A DNA stretch of 64,000 bases from an uncultured Acidobacteriota bacterium (GCA_963818355.1 CAWFSB010000029.1:23213-87212), one strand, 5' to 3'; shown: positions 22,576 to 35,841, counted from the stretch's first letter. The notes: generated from the letters alone by a model not told the origin. A program made the numbers and translations.

Positions 22576-24687
22576 ATGGTGCTCCCCGTGCTCCAATCCC
22601 TCCTGACCCTGGGCCTTCTCCTCGCCGCGGTCGGCTTCATGGCCAAGCGGCTCTGGCACATCGGCGTGCTCATCAACACGGGCACGCGCGGCGACGAGAT
22701 CCTCACGGACGAGCCGGGCGAGCGCACGCGGACGATGCTCGCCTACACGCTCGGCCAGAAGAGGCTGAAGGAGGACGCCGCCGCCGGCCTGCTGCACGGG
22801 GTCTTCCTCTACGGCTTCCTGATCCTCGGCCTCGGCCACTTCGAGGTGATCCTCGAGGGATTGACGGCGTTCCTGAAGGCCTTCGACGGCCGGCCCTTCC
22901 TCTACGAGCGCGTCCTGCCCTCGGGCCTCAACGCCCTCTATCACCTCAGCCAGGACGTGCTGGCCGCCGCGGTCCTGGCCGCCGGCCTGATCGCCCTCGT
23001 CCGGCGCCTGACCGGCAACCCGGCGCGCCTGCTGCCGCGATCGAAGGACGGCGAGAGGATCCTCTGGTTCATCGTCGCGCTCTACGCCAGCTTCTTCCTG
23101 CTGGTCGGCGCGACCGTCCTGCTGAAGCAGCGTGCCGCCGGAGACCCGGCACCCTTCCCGTACCAGCCGTTCAGCTCGCTCGTGGCCGCGGCGCTCTCGG
23201 GCCTCTCGACTCCCGCCGCGCAGGCCCTGCGCGCGCTCGGCTGGTGGACGCACGTGCTCGTGTTCCTTGGCTTCGCCGCCTACCTGCCGACGACCAAGCA
23301 CATGCACCTCGTCTTCGCCTGGCCCAACACCTGGCTCTTCCGCAAGGAGCGCTACGGGCTGCCGCCGAGGATCGACTTCGAGAAGACCGAGAAGTTCGGC
23401 ATCGACCGCGTCCAGGAGCTGCCCTGGAAGAGCCTCCTCGACTCGTACGCCTGCACCGAGTGCGGCCGCTGCAACGCGGCGTGCCCGGCCCACGCCACCG
23501 GCAAGCCCCTGCAGCCCATGAAGGTGCTCCACGACCTCAAGGTCAACCTCCGCGACCGCAACGGGACGGACATCCTGCGCTTCCGCGACCCGAAGGGCCG
23601 CCCGCTCCCGGGGAAGGCCGAGGAAGAGGCGGCGTTCGAGCCGAGGACGCCCCTCGTCTCGAAGCTCGAGATCCATGACGGGCAGGTTCACCTGGACGAG
23701 CTCTGGGCGTGCACGACCTGCGCCGCCTGCGTCCAGGCGTGCCCGGTCCTGATCGACTCCGTCCCGGGCGACCTCATCGGCCTGCGACAGAGCCTCGTGA
23801 TGATGGAGTCCGAGTTCCCGCAGGAGGCCACGACCGCCTTCAAGGGCATGGAGGTGCAGGGCAACCCGTGGGGCGTGGGCCGGGATCGCCGCATGGAGTG
23901 GGCGGAGGGGCTCGATGTCCCGGTGATGGCGGAGCTCGGCGGGCGCGAGGTCGAGTACCTGCTCTGGGTCGGCTGCGCCGGGTCCACCGACCCGCGGGCC
24001 CGGAAGACCAACCAGGCCCTCGTTCGCATCCTGAAGGCCGCGAAGGTGGACTTCGCGACGCTGGGGGTCGAGGAGAAGTGCACGGGCGACCCGGCCCGCC
24101 GGATGGGCAACGAGTACCTCTTCGCCCAGCTCGCGCAGGAGAACATCGAGACGTTCAAGCAGTACAAGTTCCGGAAGATCCTCGTCACCTGCCCGCACTG
24201 CCTGAACAGCCTCGGCAAGGACTACCGGGAATTCGGGACGAGCTACACGGTCGTGCACCACTCGCAGCTCCTCGCCGAGCTGCTGGCCGCCGGCCGCGTG
24301 CCGCTCGACCTCGCGAAGGGAATGGAGGGCCTCGTCACCTTCCACGACCCCTGCTACCTCGGCCGCTACAACGACACCGTCGAGCCGCCGCGCGAGGTGC
24401 TGGTGCGCCTCGGGGCGAAGACGGTCGAGATGGAGAAGAGCCGGAAGAACGGCTTCTGCTGCGGCGCCGGCGGCGGCCGCATCTTCCTCGAGGAGACGAT
24501 CGGGAAGCGGGTGAACGTCGAGCGGACCGAGCAGGCCCTCGCCACCGGCGCGAAGACGGTCGCGGTGGGGTGCCCGTTCTGCATGACGATGATCACGGAC
24601 GGCACGAAGGCGAAGAACGTCGAGGGCTCGGTGCAGGTGAAGGACCTCGCCGAGCTCGTGGCCGAGCGGCTGCGGCCCGAGGCGTAA
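22576..24687 (+). CDS. Membrane-bound (Fe-S) oxidoreductase of the EtfD / ETF:quinone-oxidoreductase-like type (N-terminal TM helices, 4Fe-4S and CCG Cys-rich domains).
   Basis: RBS ggagg at 22561. Several TM helices are followed by CTECGRCNAACPAH and CTTCAACVQACP ferredoxin motifs, then two CCG-type motifs (WVGCAGS...CTGDP; VTCPHC...CCGAGGG...GCPFCMTM). Its position directly after etfBA fits a membrane ETF dehydrogenase. Confidence 0.7.
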   Translation: MVLPVLQSLLTLGLLLAAVGFMAKRLWHIGVLINTGTRGDEILTDEPGERTRTMLAYTLGQKRLKEDAAAGLLHGVFLYGFLILGLGHFEVILEGLTAFLKAFDGRPFLYERVLPSGLNALYHLSQDVLAAAVLAAGLIALVRRLTGNPARLLPRSKDGERILWFIVALYASFFLLVGATVLLKQRAAGDPAPFPYQPFSSLVAAALSGLSTPAAQALRALGWWTHVLVFLGFAAYLPTTKHMHLVFAWPNTWLFRKERYGLPPRIDFEKTEKFGIDRVQELPWKSLLDSYACTECGRCNAACPAHATGKPLQPMKVLHDLKVNLRDRNGTDILRFRDPKGRPLPGKAEEEAAFEPRTPLVSKLEIHDGQVHLDELWACTTCAACVQACPVLIDSVPGDLIGLRQSLVMMESEFPQEATTAFKGMEVQGNPWGVGRDRRMEWAEGLDVPVMAELGGREVEYLLWVGCAGSTDPRARKTNQALVRILKAAKVDFATLGVEEKCTGDPARRMGNEYLFAQLAQENIETFKQYKFRKILVTCPHCLNSLGKDYREFGTSYTVVHHSQLLAELLAAGRVPLDLAKGMEGLVTFHDPCYLGRYNDTVEPPREVLVRLGAKTVEMEKSRKNGFCCGAGGGRIFLEETIGKRVNVERTEQALATGAKTVAVGCPFCMTMITDGTKAKNVEGSVQVKDLAELVAERLRPEA

Positions 24688-24712
24688 TCGTCGGCGCTCG
24701 CCGGGCAGCCCG

Positions 24713-25744
24713 ATGGCTCGGGTTGGCTTCTACGACGATCCGGTGTTCGGGCAGCACGACGCTGGCCCCGGGCACCCGGAACGCCCCGAGCGGCTCGAGG
24801 CCGTCAGGCGGGGGCTTCGCGAAGCAGGCCTCGTCGAGGACCTCGTGCCTCTCCCGCCACGGCCCGCAACGCGCGAGGAGCTCGTCCGCGTTCACGCCGC
24901 CACCCACGTCGACCGCGTGGCCGCCGCCGCCGGAAAGTTCGTTCGCCTCGACCCGGACACCGCCATGGGCCCGCGGTCGTGGGACGCGGCGACGCGGGCG
25001 GCGGGCGCCGTCGCCGACGCGGTCGACAAGGTGCTGGACGGCGCCCTGGACCGGGCCTTCTGCAACGTGCGCCCGCCCGGGCACCACGCGACGCCGGGCC
25101 GGGCCATGGGCTTCTGCCTCCTCAACAACGTGGCCGTGGGCGCCGCCGCGGCCCTCGCCCGCGGTCTGAAGAGGGTCGCCGTCATCGACTTCGACGTGCA
25201 CCACGGCAACGGCACGCAGGAGGCCTTCTGGCGGGACCCGCGGGTCCTCTTCGTCTCGTCTCACCAGTTCCCGTACTACCCCGGGACGGGCGCCCTCGAC
25301 GAGGTGGGGGAGGGCGAAGGCCGCGGCTTCACCGTCAACCTCCCGATGCCGGCCGGCCTGGGTGACGGCGAGTACCGCCGCGCCTACCGGGAGATCGTGG
25401 AGCCGATCGCCCGGGCCTTCGACCCGGAGCTCGTTCTCGTCTCCGCCGGCTTCGACGCTCACCGGGACGACCCTCTCGGGGGCATGGCCCTCAGCGCGGC
25501 CGGTTTCGCCGAGCTGATGGACGTGTGCCTCACGACGGCTTCCGGGGCCGCCCGCGGACGGCTCGTCGCGGTTCTCGAGGGCGGCTACGACCTCGACGGC
25601 ATCGCCGAGGCCTCGGCCGCGGTCGTGGGCCGGATGCTCGGACGCCCCTTCGCCGCCCCGGACTCCGCTTCTCGCCCCGGATTCGACAGGTTGCTCGAGG
25701 CCTACCGGACCGCCCACGCCGAGCACTGGCCGGTCGTGAAGTAG
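24713..25744 (+). CDS. Histone deacetylase-family protein (acetoin utilisation AcuC / polyamine deacetylase-like).
   Basis: RPPGHHA, DFDVHHGNGTQ and GGYD motifs of the arginase/deacetylase fold are present. Confidence 0.85.
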   Translation: MARVGFYDDPVFGQHDAGPGHPERPERLEAVRRGLREAGLVEDLVPLPPRPATREELVRVHAATHVDRVAAAAGKFVRLDPDTAMGPRSWDAATRAAGAVADAVDKVLDGALDRAFCNVRPPGHHATPGRAMGFCLLNNVAVGAAAALARGLKRVAVIDFDVHHGNGTQEAFWRDPRVLFVSSHQFPYYPGTGALDEVGEGEGRGFTVNLPMPAGLGDGEYRRAYREIVEPIARAFDPELVLVSAGFDAHRDDPLGGMALSAAGFAELMDVCLTTASGAARGRLVAVLEGGYDLDGIAEASAAVVGRMLGRPFAAPDSASRPGFDRLLEAYRTAHAEHWPVVK

Positions 25745-25923
25745 AGCGGCTGCTCGTGGACCGGCTGGAGGAGCGGGGACCGTCACGGGGTGGGGTAGAT
25801 CGCGGCCCGGGGAAGGGAGCCACCGGGCCAACGGGCGGTTGCGTGCTTTCTTTGACCGGGGACTTCGCCCCCAGCCCCCGCGTGCCGAGGCGCGACGGCT
25901 CGCATGGTAAACTGCCGTTCTCC

Positions 25924-28400
<2,477 letters not shown>

Positions 28401-28404
<4 letters not shown>

Positions 28405-28925
28405 GGCGCCGGGATCTCCTCGTCGCCACGGCGGGCGCCCTCGCCTCGGGCTGCGGCTACTCCCTGCAGGGGCGCGGGATCACCACCGACTCCTCGGTCA
28501 AGCGGATCGGCGTCCCGCTCTTCAAGGACCGATCCGGAAGGCTCGGCCTCGACACCCGCGTCACCCAGGCGGTGATGGAGGAGCTGCTGAAACGGGGCCG
28601 CTTCACGGTGGTGAGGGATATCACCAACGTGGACGCCGTGGTGGAAGGGGACATCCTGTCCTGGACCGTGGCGCCCGTGAACTTCTCGTCGGAGACGGGC
28701 ACGACCCAGGCCAGCCGCTACGCGATCTCGCTCACCGCGAGTGTCGTGTACCGCAAGATCGGCCAGAAGGAGCCGATCTGGGCCAACGACGCGTTCTCCC
28801 AGCGCGACGAGTACGACATGGGCGAGAACGCCCAGAGCTTCTTCGACCGCGAGATGCTGTCGATCGAGCGGCTCTCCGCCGCCTTCGCCCGCAACCTCGT
28901 GGCCGCCATGCTGGAGGCGTTCTAG
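28401..28925 (+). CDS. lptE: LptE (RlpB)-like LPS-assembly lipoprotein.
   Basis: GTGA overlap with the leuS stop. Lipobox LASGC is present. The position between leuS and holA matches the conserved leuS-lptE-holA synteny. Confidence 0.55.
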
Positions 28926-28931
28926 CCCGAG

Positions 28932-29993
28932 ATGGCGAGTTCCTCCCGCCCCGGCCCGATCCAGGCGATCGTCGGGGAGGACACCTACCTCGCGGAAGAG
29001 GCCCTCGAGCGGGTGCTCGGCGCCGCGATCGGCGCCGAGCGGGAGGAGGGCCTCCAGGTCCTCTACGGAGACGAGAAGAAGTGGGAGGACGTGCTCGGGC
29101 TCGCCCGGACCGGGTCGCTCTTCGCTTCCCGCCGCGCGATCGTCGTCCGCCGGGCGGAGCTGCTGAAGTACGCGAGCGCGCCGAAGGAGGACGAGACACC
29201 GGAGCGCGAGGGCCGGAAGGGAAAGCCGAAGGCCGAGGAAGACCCGGTCGAGGTCTACGCCGGCGACCCGGCCCCCGGCGTCACGCTGGTGCTGATGTCG
29301 GCGAAGCCCGATCGCCGGCGCCATCCGTGGAAGAAGCTGCTGGCCCGAGTCACGGTGCTCGACGTCTCGCCGAAGAAGGGCCGCGCCCTGCGCGCGCACG
29401 TGGAGGCCGAGCTGCGCTCCCGCGGGCTGCGCTTCGCCCCGGACGCCCTCAACGAGCTGCTCGGCGAGGTGGGCCAGGACCTCCGCCGCCTGATGGGCGA
29501 GGTGGACAAGCTGGAAGCGTTCGCCGCGGGGCGCAAGGACATCACGGCGGACGACCTCGGCGCGGTGCTGGGGCGGGGGCTGGGGCAGCCCCTGTACCTG
29601 CTCAGCGATTCCTTCAGCGGCCGGGACGTGGCCGGGAGCCTCGAGCACGTGGAGCGTCTGCTCGGAGACGGGGAAGAGGGGCTGCGGATCCTCACGACGC
29701 TGCACCGCTCGCTGCGGCAGGTGCGCGGCGCCCTGGCGATGCGCGAGGCCCGCGCGCCCCGCGACGAGATCGGGGCGAAGCTCCTCCCGCCCAACATGCA
29801 GTTCAAGCTCGACGCGCTACTCGACGCCTCGAGGCGCTGGAGCGAGGCCGACCTGCGGCGGGCGCTCTCGGCCCTGGGTCGGGCGGACCGTCGGTTGAAG
29901 AGGGGAGGCGACGCCGCGACGACCCTGGTCGCGGCGGTGGCGGAGTCCTGCGGGGGAGAGAGGCGGCCTACTTCGCCGCGCCGAGGGCGTTGA
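28932..29993 (+). CDS. holA: DNA polymerase III delta subunit HolA.
   Basis: The N-terminus IQAIVGEDTYLAEEALERV...LYGDE is typical of HolA. It follows lptE in conserved synteny. The C-terminal 26 nt overlap convergent rpsT. Confidence 0.6.
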   Translation: MASSSRPGPIQAIVGEDTYLAEEALERVLGAAIGAEREEGLQVLYGDEKKWEDVLGLARTGSLFASRRAIVVRRAELLKYASAPKEDETPEREGRKGKPKAEEDPVEVYAGDPAPGVTLVLMSAKPDRRRHPWKKLLARVTVLDVSPKKGRALRAHVEAELRSRGLRFAPDALNELLGEVGQDLRRLMGEVDKLEAFAAGRKDITADDLGAVLGRGLGQPLYLLSDSFSGRDVAGSLEHVERLLGDGEEGLRILTTLHRSLRQVRGALAMREARAPRDEIGAKLLPPNMQFKLDALLDASRRWSEADLRRALSALGRADRRLKRGGDAATTLVAAVAESCGGERRPTSPRRGR

Positions 29994-30240
29994 CCTTGCG
30001 CGACAGCCGGCTCTTGTACCGCGAGGCGGCGTTGTCGTGGACGACGCCCTTCTTCACGGCCTTGTCGATCTCGCCCACGGTGTTCGGCAGGAGCTTCTTC
30101 GCGGCCTCGGCGTTGCCCTCGGCGATCGCGGCGCGGAGCTTCTTCACCTGGGTCTTCAGCTGGGAGACGTTCTTGCGGTTCTGGGCCCGGCGCTTCTCGC
30201 CCTGTCGGATTCGCTTCTTGGCCGACGCGTGATGTGCCAC
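29968..30240 (-). CDS. rpsT: 30S ribosomal protein S20.
   Basis: MAHHASAKKRIRQGEKRRAQNRKNVSQLKT... is the canonical S20. Confidence 0.9.
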   Translation of the reverse strand: MAHHASAKKRIRQGEKRRAQNRKNVSQLKTQVKKLRAAIAEGNAEAAKKLLPNTVGEIDKAVKKGVVHDNAASRYKSRLSRKVNALGAAK

Positions 30241-30278
30241 TCTTCTTCTCCTCCTAACACGAACAAAACTCTAGTCTA

Positions 30279-31886
30279 GTGGGCTCGAGCACACAGGTCA
30301 AGGCGGGAGCGGAGGGCGCCCGGATCGCCCGGGCGGCGGGGCTCGTCTCGGCCATGACCCTGGTGTCGAGGGTGCTCGGGCTCGTGCGCGAGGTGGTCTT
30401 CGCCGCCCTCCTCGGGGCCGGCTATCACTCCGACGCCTTCCGGATCGGCTTCCGAATCCCCAACCTGCTGCGGGACCTCTTCGCAGAGGGGGCGCTCTCC
30501 GCCGCCTTCGTCCCGGTCTACACGCGGACGCAGAAGGAGGGCGGGCGCGAGGCCGCTTTCGCCCTGGCCAACCGCGTCCTGACCCTGCTGGCCGTCCTGC
30601 TGGGGGTCGTCGTCGTCCTGGCGGTCGTCTTCGCCTGGCCGCTCGTCTCCGCCCTGGCGCCCGGCTTCGACGACGAGCCCGGGAAGGCCGCGCTCACCAT
30701 CCTCCTGACGCGGGTGATGATGGCGTTCCTGCCGCTCGTTTCCTTCGCGGCCGTCGCGATGGGGATGCTCAACGCGGAGGAGCGTTTCGGCATTCCCGCC
30801 CTCTCGCCGGCCCTCTTCAACGTCGTCGCCATCCTCTGGGCGGGGGTGCTCTGGAGCCTGGGCTTGCCGCTCGACCAGGTCGTGGTCGGGTGGGCGCTGG
30901 GCACTCTCCTGGGCGGGGTCGCCCAGTTCGCGGTGCAGGTGCCCTCGCTGCGGCGGCTCGGATGGCGGTTCCGTCCCGAGTGGGCGCCGCGCGACCCGGG
31001 CCTCGTCCGGATGGCCCGGCTCATGGCCCCGGCCACGGTGGGCCTGGCCGCGGTGCAGGTCAACATCTTCGTCAGCAGCCGCTTTGCCTCCCACGAGCCC
31101 GGGGCCGTGTCCTGGCTGGACTACGCCTTCCGCCTGCTCTACCTGCCCATCGGCCTGTTCGGGGTCGCGCTGGGCACCATCGCGACCGCGGGCCTCGCCC
31201 GGCGCGCGGCCGAGGGCGACATGGAGGGGCTGCGCAACACCCTGCGCCAGTCGCTCTCGATGCTGGCCTACCTGACCGTGCCGGCGACGGCCGGCCTCAT
31301 GGTGCTCGGCGTGCCGGTCGTCCGGCTCCTGTACGAGCGCGGCCGGTTCACCGCGGCCGACACGCAGGCCACGGCGGCAGCCCTCTTCCTCTACTCCCTC
31401 GGCCTCGTCGGCTACACCGGGGTCAAGGTCCTCGCCCCCGCTTTCTACGCCCTGGGCGCGCCGCGCGTGCCGCTCGTCGCCAGCGTCCTCGCGGTCGCCA
31501 CGAACCTGGTCGTGATCTTCGCGCTCAACCGGGGCCTCGGCTTCCGCGCGATCGCGCTCGGCACCGCCCTCGGGTCCCTCGTGAACGCGGGACTGCTGGT
31601 CGCCCTTTTCGAGAGGCGGGTCGGCGGCCTGTTGGGCCACGGCCTCTTCCGACCTGTCGCCCGGATGGGCCTCGCGGCCGCCGGGATGGCCGCCTGCGCC
31701 TGGCTGGCGCTGACGGGCCTCGAGCGCCTGCTCGGGACGAGCGGCCTGCAGGCGCAGCTCGTCACCGGCCTCGTCCCGGTCGCCGCCGGCATCGGCGCCT
31801 ACGCCCTCCTGACCCGCGCGCTCCGGGTGGGGGAGGCCGAGGTCCTCTGGCGCATGGTGCGGGAGCGGCTCGGGCGTCGGCCGTGA
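30279..31886 (+). CDS. murJ: Lipid II flippase MurJ/MviN.
   Basis: SAMTLVSRVLGLVREVVFAALLGAG...DAFRIGFRIPNLLRDLFAEGALSAAFVPV plus 12-14 TM segments. It is divergent from rpsT. The start may lie slightly downstream (GTG 30297). Confidence 0.8.
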   Translation: MGSSTQVKAGAEGARIARAAGLVSAMTLVSRVLGLVREVVFAALLGAGYHSDAFRIGFRIPNLLRDLFAEGALSAAFVPVYTRTQKEGGREAAFALANRVLTLLAVLLGVVVVLAVVFAWPLVSALAPGFDDEPGKAALTILLTRVMMAFLPLVSFAAVAMGMLNAEERFGIPALSPALFNVVAILWAGVLWSLGLPLDQVVVGWALGTLLGGVAQFAVQVPSLRRLGWRFRPEWAPRDPGLVRMARLMAPATVGLAAVQVNIFVSSRFASHEPGAVSWLDYAFRLLYLPIGLFGVALGTIATAGLARRAAEGDMEGLRNTLRQSLSMLAYLTVPATAGLMVLGVPVVRLLYERGRFTAADTQATAAALFLYSLGLVGYTGVKVLAPAFYALGAPRVPLVASVLAVATNLVVIFALNRGLGFRAIALGTALGSLVNAGLLVALFERRVGGLLGHGLFRPVARMGLAAAGMAACAWLALTGLERLLGTSGLQAQLVTGLVPVAAGIGAYALLTRALRVGEAEVLWRMVRERLGRRP

Positions 31887-32773
31887 CCTCGGCCCAGGCC
31901 CTGAAGGCCTGGCTCGACCACCTGCGCGTCGAGCGGGGCCTGGCCGAGGCCACCCTCACGGCCTACGAGCGGGACACCCGCGAGCTCGTGGCCTTCGCCG
32001 AGGCCCAGGGTGTGCCGCTGCTCGAGCTCGGCCAGGCGCACCTCGCGGGGTTCTTCGGCTCGCTGCGCGAGCGGGGGCTCGGGCCGCGCTCCCAGGCCCG
32101 CCACGTCTTCTCGTCGCGGGCCTTCTACCGCTTCGCGCTGCGCGAGGGGCTGGTCCGGCGCGACCCGACGGAGAACCTGCGTCCGCCGAAGACGTTCAGC
32201 GCCCTTCCTCGCTACCTGACCCCGGGCCAGGTGGACGCGCTCCTCGCCGCCCCCGACGTCGCCGTCCCGGTGGGCCTGCGTGACCGGGCCATCCTCGAGG
32301 TGATGTACGCGACGGGCCTGCGCGCCTCGGAGCTCACCGGGCTCACCATCGAGGGCGTCGACATGGAGCTCGGTGTCGTGCGCGTCCTCGGGAAGGGGCG
32401 AAAGGAGCGGCTGGTTCCCCTGGGCCGCGAGGCCCGGCGCTGGGTGAAGCGCTACGTGGCGGAGGCCCGCGCCGGCTTCGCCCACGGTCGCTCGAGCCCC
32501 CTGCTCTTCCTGAGCCGCCGGGGCGGCCGGCTCTCGCCCACGGGGCTGTGGGGCCTCGTCCGCCGCCACGCCGTCACGGCCGGAGTGCAGAGCGTCCTCA
32601 CCCCCCACGTCCTGCGCCACTCGTTCGCGAGCCACCTGCTGGAGCGGGGGGCCGACCTGCGCGCCCTGCAGGCCATGCTGGGCCACGCCGACATCTCGAC
32701 CACGCAGATCTACACCCACGTCACGCGGGAGCGCCTGCGCCAGCTCTACGACAAGTTCCACCCACGGGCCTGA
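31883..32773 (+). CDS. xerD: Tyrosine site-specific recombinase XerD/XerC.
   Basis: GTGA overlap with mur[38 protein letters not shown] contains the catalytic R...HxxR...Y. Confidence 0.85.
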   Translation: MTSAQALKAWLDHLRVERGLAEATLTAYERDTRELVAFAEAQGVPLLELGQAHLAGFFGSLRERGLGPRSQARHVFSSRAFYRFALREGLVRRDPTENLRPPKTFSALPRYLTPGQVDALLAAPDVAVPVGLRDRAILEVMYATGLRASELTGLTIEGVDMELGVVRVLGKGRKERLVPLGREARRWVKRYVAEARAGFAHGRSSPLLFLSRRGGRLSPTGLWGLVRRHAVTAGVQSVLTPHVLRHSFASHLLERGADLRALQAMLGHADISTTQIYTHVTRERLRQLYDKFHPRA

Positions 32774-32938
32774 GACCGGCTTTCCCTACGGGGCGGGGTG
32801 GGGCAGAGCGGGACCTGGGGACTGGAGGGACATCGAAGGCTTCGGCTGTACCTTGCGTCCTTGTTCTGGGGGGTGCGCGGCACCCCCCAGACCCCCCGGG
32901 GTGGTAAACTCCGGGCTTTGCTGAGGATCTAGACACCC
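32774..32938 (+). promoter_or_regulatory. GC-rich structured 5' leader of metK (candidate cis-regulatory RNA; class unassigned).
   Basis: It contains a perfect 8-bp hairpin CTGGGGGG-N9-CCCCCCAG (32865-32889) and a second hairpin CCCGG-N11-CCGGG, just before RBS GAGGA (32922-26). Motifs GGAGGGAC and GAAGGCTTCGGCTG are present. metK genes are commonly riboswitch-controlled. Confidence 0.3.
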
Positions 32939-34090
32939 ATGTCCATGAACGGCCGTCACCTGTTCACTTCGGAGTCCGTGACCGAGGGTCACCCCGACAA
33001 GATCGCCGACCAGATCTCCGACGCCGTCCTCGACACGCTGATCGCGGCGGACCCCATGAGCCGCGTGGCCTGCGAGACTCTCGTCACCACCGGGCTCGCG
33101 TTCATCGCCGGGGAGATCACCACCACGGCGTACGCGGACCTTCCGGCGATCGTCCGGGAGACCATCAAGGACGTCGGCTACACGCGCGCGAAGTACGGTT
33201 TCGACTACGAGACCTGCGCGGTCATCTCCGCGATCCACGAGCAGTCGCCGGACATCGCGATGGGCGTCGACCCCGGCGGGGCCGGGGACCAGGGCCTGAT
33301 GTTCGGCTACGCCTGCCGCGAGACGCCCGAGCTGATGCCGCTGCCGATCATGCTGGCCCACCAGCTGACCCGCCGCCTGTCGCAGGCCCGTCGCGAGGGC
33401 CTCATCGACTACCTCCGGCCCGACGGCAAGAGCCAGGTCACGGTCGAGTACGAGGGCGACAAGCCCCTGCGGGTCGACGCCGTCGTCGTTTCCGCCCAGC
33501 ACAGCAGCCTGGTGCCGATCGAGACCGTGCGCGAGGACGTCCTCGAGAAGGTGATCCAGGCCGTGGTCCCCGCCGGCCTCCTCGACGAGAAGACCAAGTT
33601 CTTCATCAACCCCACGGGCCGTTTCGTGACCGGCGGGCCCCAGGGCGACTGCGGCCTCACCGGTCGCAAGATCATCGTGGACACCTACGGCGGCGTGGGC
33701 AGCCACGGCGGGGGCGCATTCTCGGGCAAGGACCCGACGAAGGTGGACCGCTCGGCCTCCTACATGGCTCGCCACGTGGCCAAGAACATCGTGGCGGCCG
33801 GGCTCGCCGACAAGGTGGAGCTGCAGCTGGCCTACGCCATCGGGGTCGCGGACCCCGTCTCGATCATGGCCGACACCATGGGCACCGCAACGGTCGACGA
33901 GTCGCTCCTGGTGAAGGCGGTGCGCGAGGTGTTCAACCTCACGCCCAAGGGGATCATCGAGTACCTCAACCTGCGCCGCCCGATCTTCAAGAAGACCGCG
34001 GCCTTTGGCCACTTCGGCCGGACCGAGCCGGAGTTCACGTGGGAGCACACCAACAAGGCGGCCGACCTCAAGGCTTTCTTCAAGAAGTAG
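32939..34090 (+). CDS. metK: S-adenosylmethionine synthetase.
   Basis: [36 protein letters not shown] and [16 protein letters not shown] are present; intact. Confidence 0.95.
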   Translation: MSMNGRHLFTSESVTEGHPDKIADQISDAVLDTLIAADPMSRVACETLVTTGLAFIAGEITTTAYADLPAIVRETIKDVGYTRAKYGFDYETCAVISAIHEQSPDIAMGVDPGGAGDQGLMFGYACRETPELMPLPIMLAHQLTRRLSQARREGLIDYLRPDGKSQVTVEYEGDKPLRVDAVVVSAQHSSLVPIETVREDVLEKVIQAVVPAGLLDEKTKFFINPTGRFVTGGPQGDCGLTGRKIIVDTYGGVGSHGGGAFSGKDPTKVDRSASYMARHVAKNIVAAGLADKVELQLAYAIGVADPVSIMADTMGTATVDESLLVKAVREVFNLTPKGIIEYLNLRRPIFKKTAAFGHFGRTEPEFTWEHTNKAADLKAFFKK

Positions 34091-34094
34091 CCGC

Positions 34095-35832
34095 GTGAGG
34101 CTCGGCCAGGGGCGGCGGTGGGGGATCGTCCTTCTCGCCGCCCTCGTCGTTCTCGGGCTCGCCCTGCTGCGCGTCCGTCTCTGGCGGCCGCTCGAGCGGG
34201 TGGGCCCGGCTCCCGACGACGGATACGCCCGGGTCGCCGGTGTCGTCCACGTCCACACGACGCTCTCCGACGGGGGGGGCACCCCCGAGGAGGTGATCCG
34301 GGCGGCGAAGGCCACGGGCCTGGGCTTCCTCGGGATCACGGACCACAACAACCTCGACGCGAAGGCGTTCGAAGGTTACCGGAACGGAGTCCTGGTCCTC
34401 GTCGGCTCGGAGCTCTCGACGCCCGTGGGCCACGTTCTCGGCCTCGGTCTCGATCGGGACCCGGCCTGGCGGTTCAACGGGGACGGGCTCGACGCTCTCG
34501 AGGACGTGCGCGACCTCGGCGGGATCCCCTTCGCGGCGCACCCGTTCTCGGCGCGCCCCGACCTGCGCTGGAACGGCTGGGAGCTGCCGGGCCCGTGGGG
34601 GATCGAGATCCTGAACGGCGACAGCGACGCGCGGCGCGCGGGCCCCCGCGTCCTGCTCTCCGTAGGCCTCTACCGCATCAACCCCGGCTACGCCCTTCTC
34701 CAGGGCCTTCGTCCGCCCGATCAGGCGCTCCGCCGGTGGGACGAGATGCTGGCGAGGCGCGACGTCGTCGGCCTCGCGGGGTCGGACGCCCACAGCCGCC
34801 TGGCGCTCACGAAGACCCGGGCCCTCCGCTTCCCCTCCTACGAGTCGCTCTTCGCGCAGGCCCGCAACCACCTGCTGCTGGACCGCCCGCTGACCGGCGA
34901 AGCCGGGGCCGACCGCGTCGCGGTCCTCGACGCCTTTCGCCGGGGTCGCTTCTACCTCGGGCTCGACGCGCTCGCGCCGGCCGAGTCCTTCCGCTTCACC
35001 ATCGAGCGGGAACCGGGAGAGCGCTGGACGATGGGCGACCACGTGCCCCGGGCCGACGGAGCCCGCGCCGTCGTGGGCGGGCGGGTGCCCGCGGGAACCC
35101 GCGTCGTTCTCCTCCGCGACGGAGTGCCGGTGGGGGAAGGGCCGGGGTCGCTCGAGCTCGCGCTTCCCGGCCCCGGGGTCTATCGGGTGGAGGCTCGCGT
35201 GCCCGGGCTGGTCCGTGCCCTGGGTGATCACGAACCCGGTCTACGTCCACGACGAGCAGACGCGCGAGGCCCGCCGGAGGGCCGCCGCCTGGCCGGGGCC
35301 CCCAGCCCCTCCACGGGAGAGCCGCCCGCTGGCGTCGCTCGACGGATCGGCCGTCTTCAATCCGGAGTTCGACCCGTCCTCGTGGGTGGACCCGGCGGTG
35401 GCCGCACCCGGTGCGGGGCCCGAGGGCGGCGACGCCCTGAAGCTCGCCTTCCGGCTCGGCGAGCCGACGCCGTCGCAACCGTTCACGTGGTGCGCCCTCG
35501 TGAACCGGCAGGCGCGCGACCTCTCCCCCTGGACGGGGCTGCGCTTCCGCATCCGGGCGGACGGCGAGTACCGGCCGTGGGTGCAGGTGCGCGACGTCAA
35601 CCCGGCGTCCGCCGACGAGGGGCTCGAGTGGTGGCTCGCCTCGGTGCGGACCTCCGCCGAGTGGCGTGAGGTGCAGATCCCGTTCGGACGCTTCCGCACC
35701 ATCAATCGGAGGAGCGACGGCCGGCTCGACTCCGGCCAGACGCGCGGGGTGGTCTTCGTCCTGGACGGCGCGTCCGTCAAGCCCGGCACCCGGGGCACCA
35801 TCTGGATCGCCGACGTCGGCGTCTACCGGTAG
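34095..35832 (+). CDS. PHP-domain (polymerase/histidinol-phosphatase-like) protein with an N-terminal TM anchor; frame interrupted once.
   Basis: GTG 34095. TM segment WGIVLLAALVVLGLALL. PHP motifs HVHTTLSDGGGTPEE...GITDHN. A shift near 35195-35215 follows. The C-terminal 200 aa continue in track ORF 35215..35832 (WVITNPVYVHDEQ...). Confidence 0.6.
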
Positions 35833-35841
35833 CGGCGTTGG

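Noticed and set aside
30297-30356. Alternative downstream starts for murJ (GTG 30297, ATG about 30354) that would free space for an rpsT promoter.
   Set aside because: Plausible, but it cannot be decided from sequence alone. The longest ORF is kept, with lower confidence on the start.
32774-32938. A direct match to the SAM-I or SAM-IV riboswitch consensus in the metK leader.
   Set aside because: The contiguous AGAGNGGNGGAGGGAC and GCAACC core elements are not present; an 11-nt insertion breaks the first. Only generic hairpins are visible, so it is reported as an unclassified structured leader.
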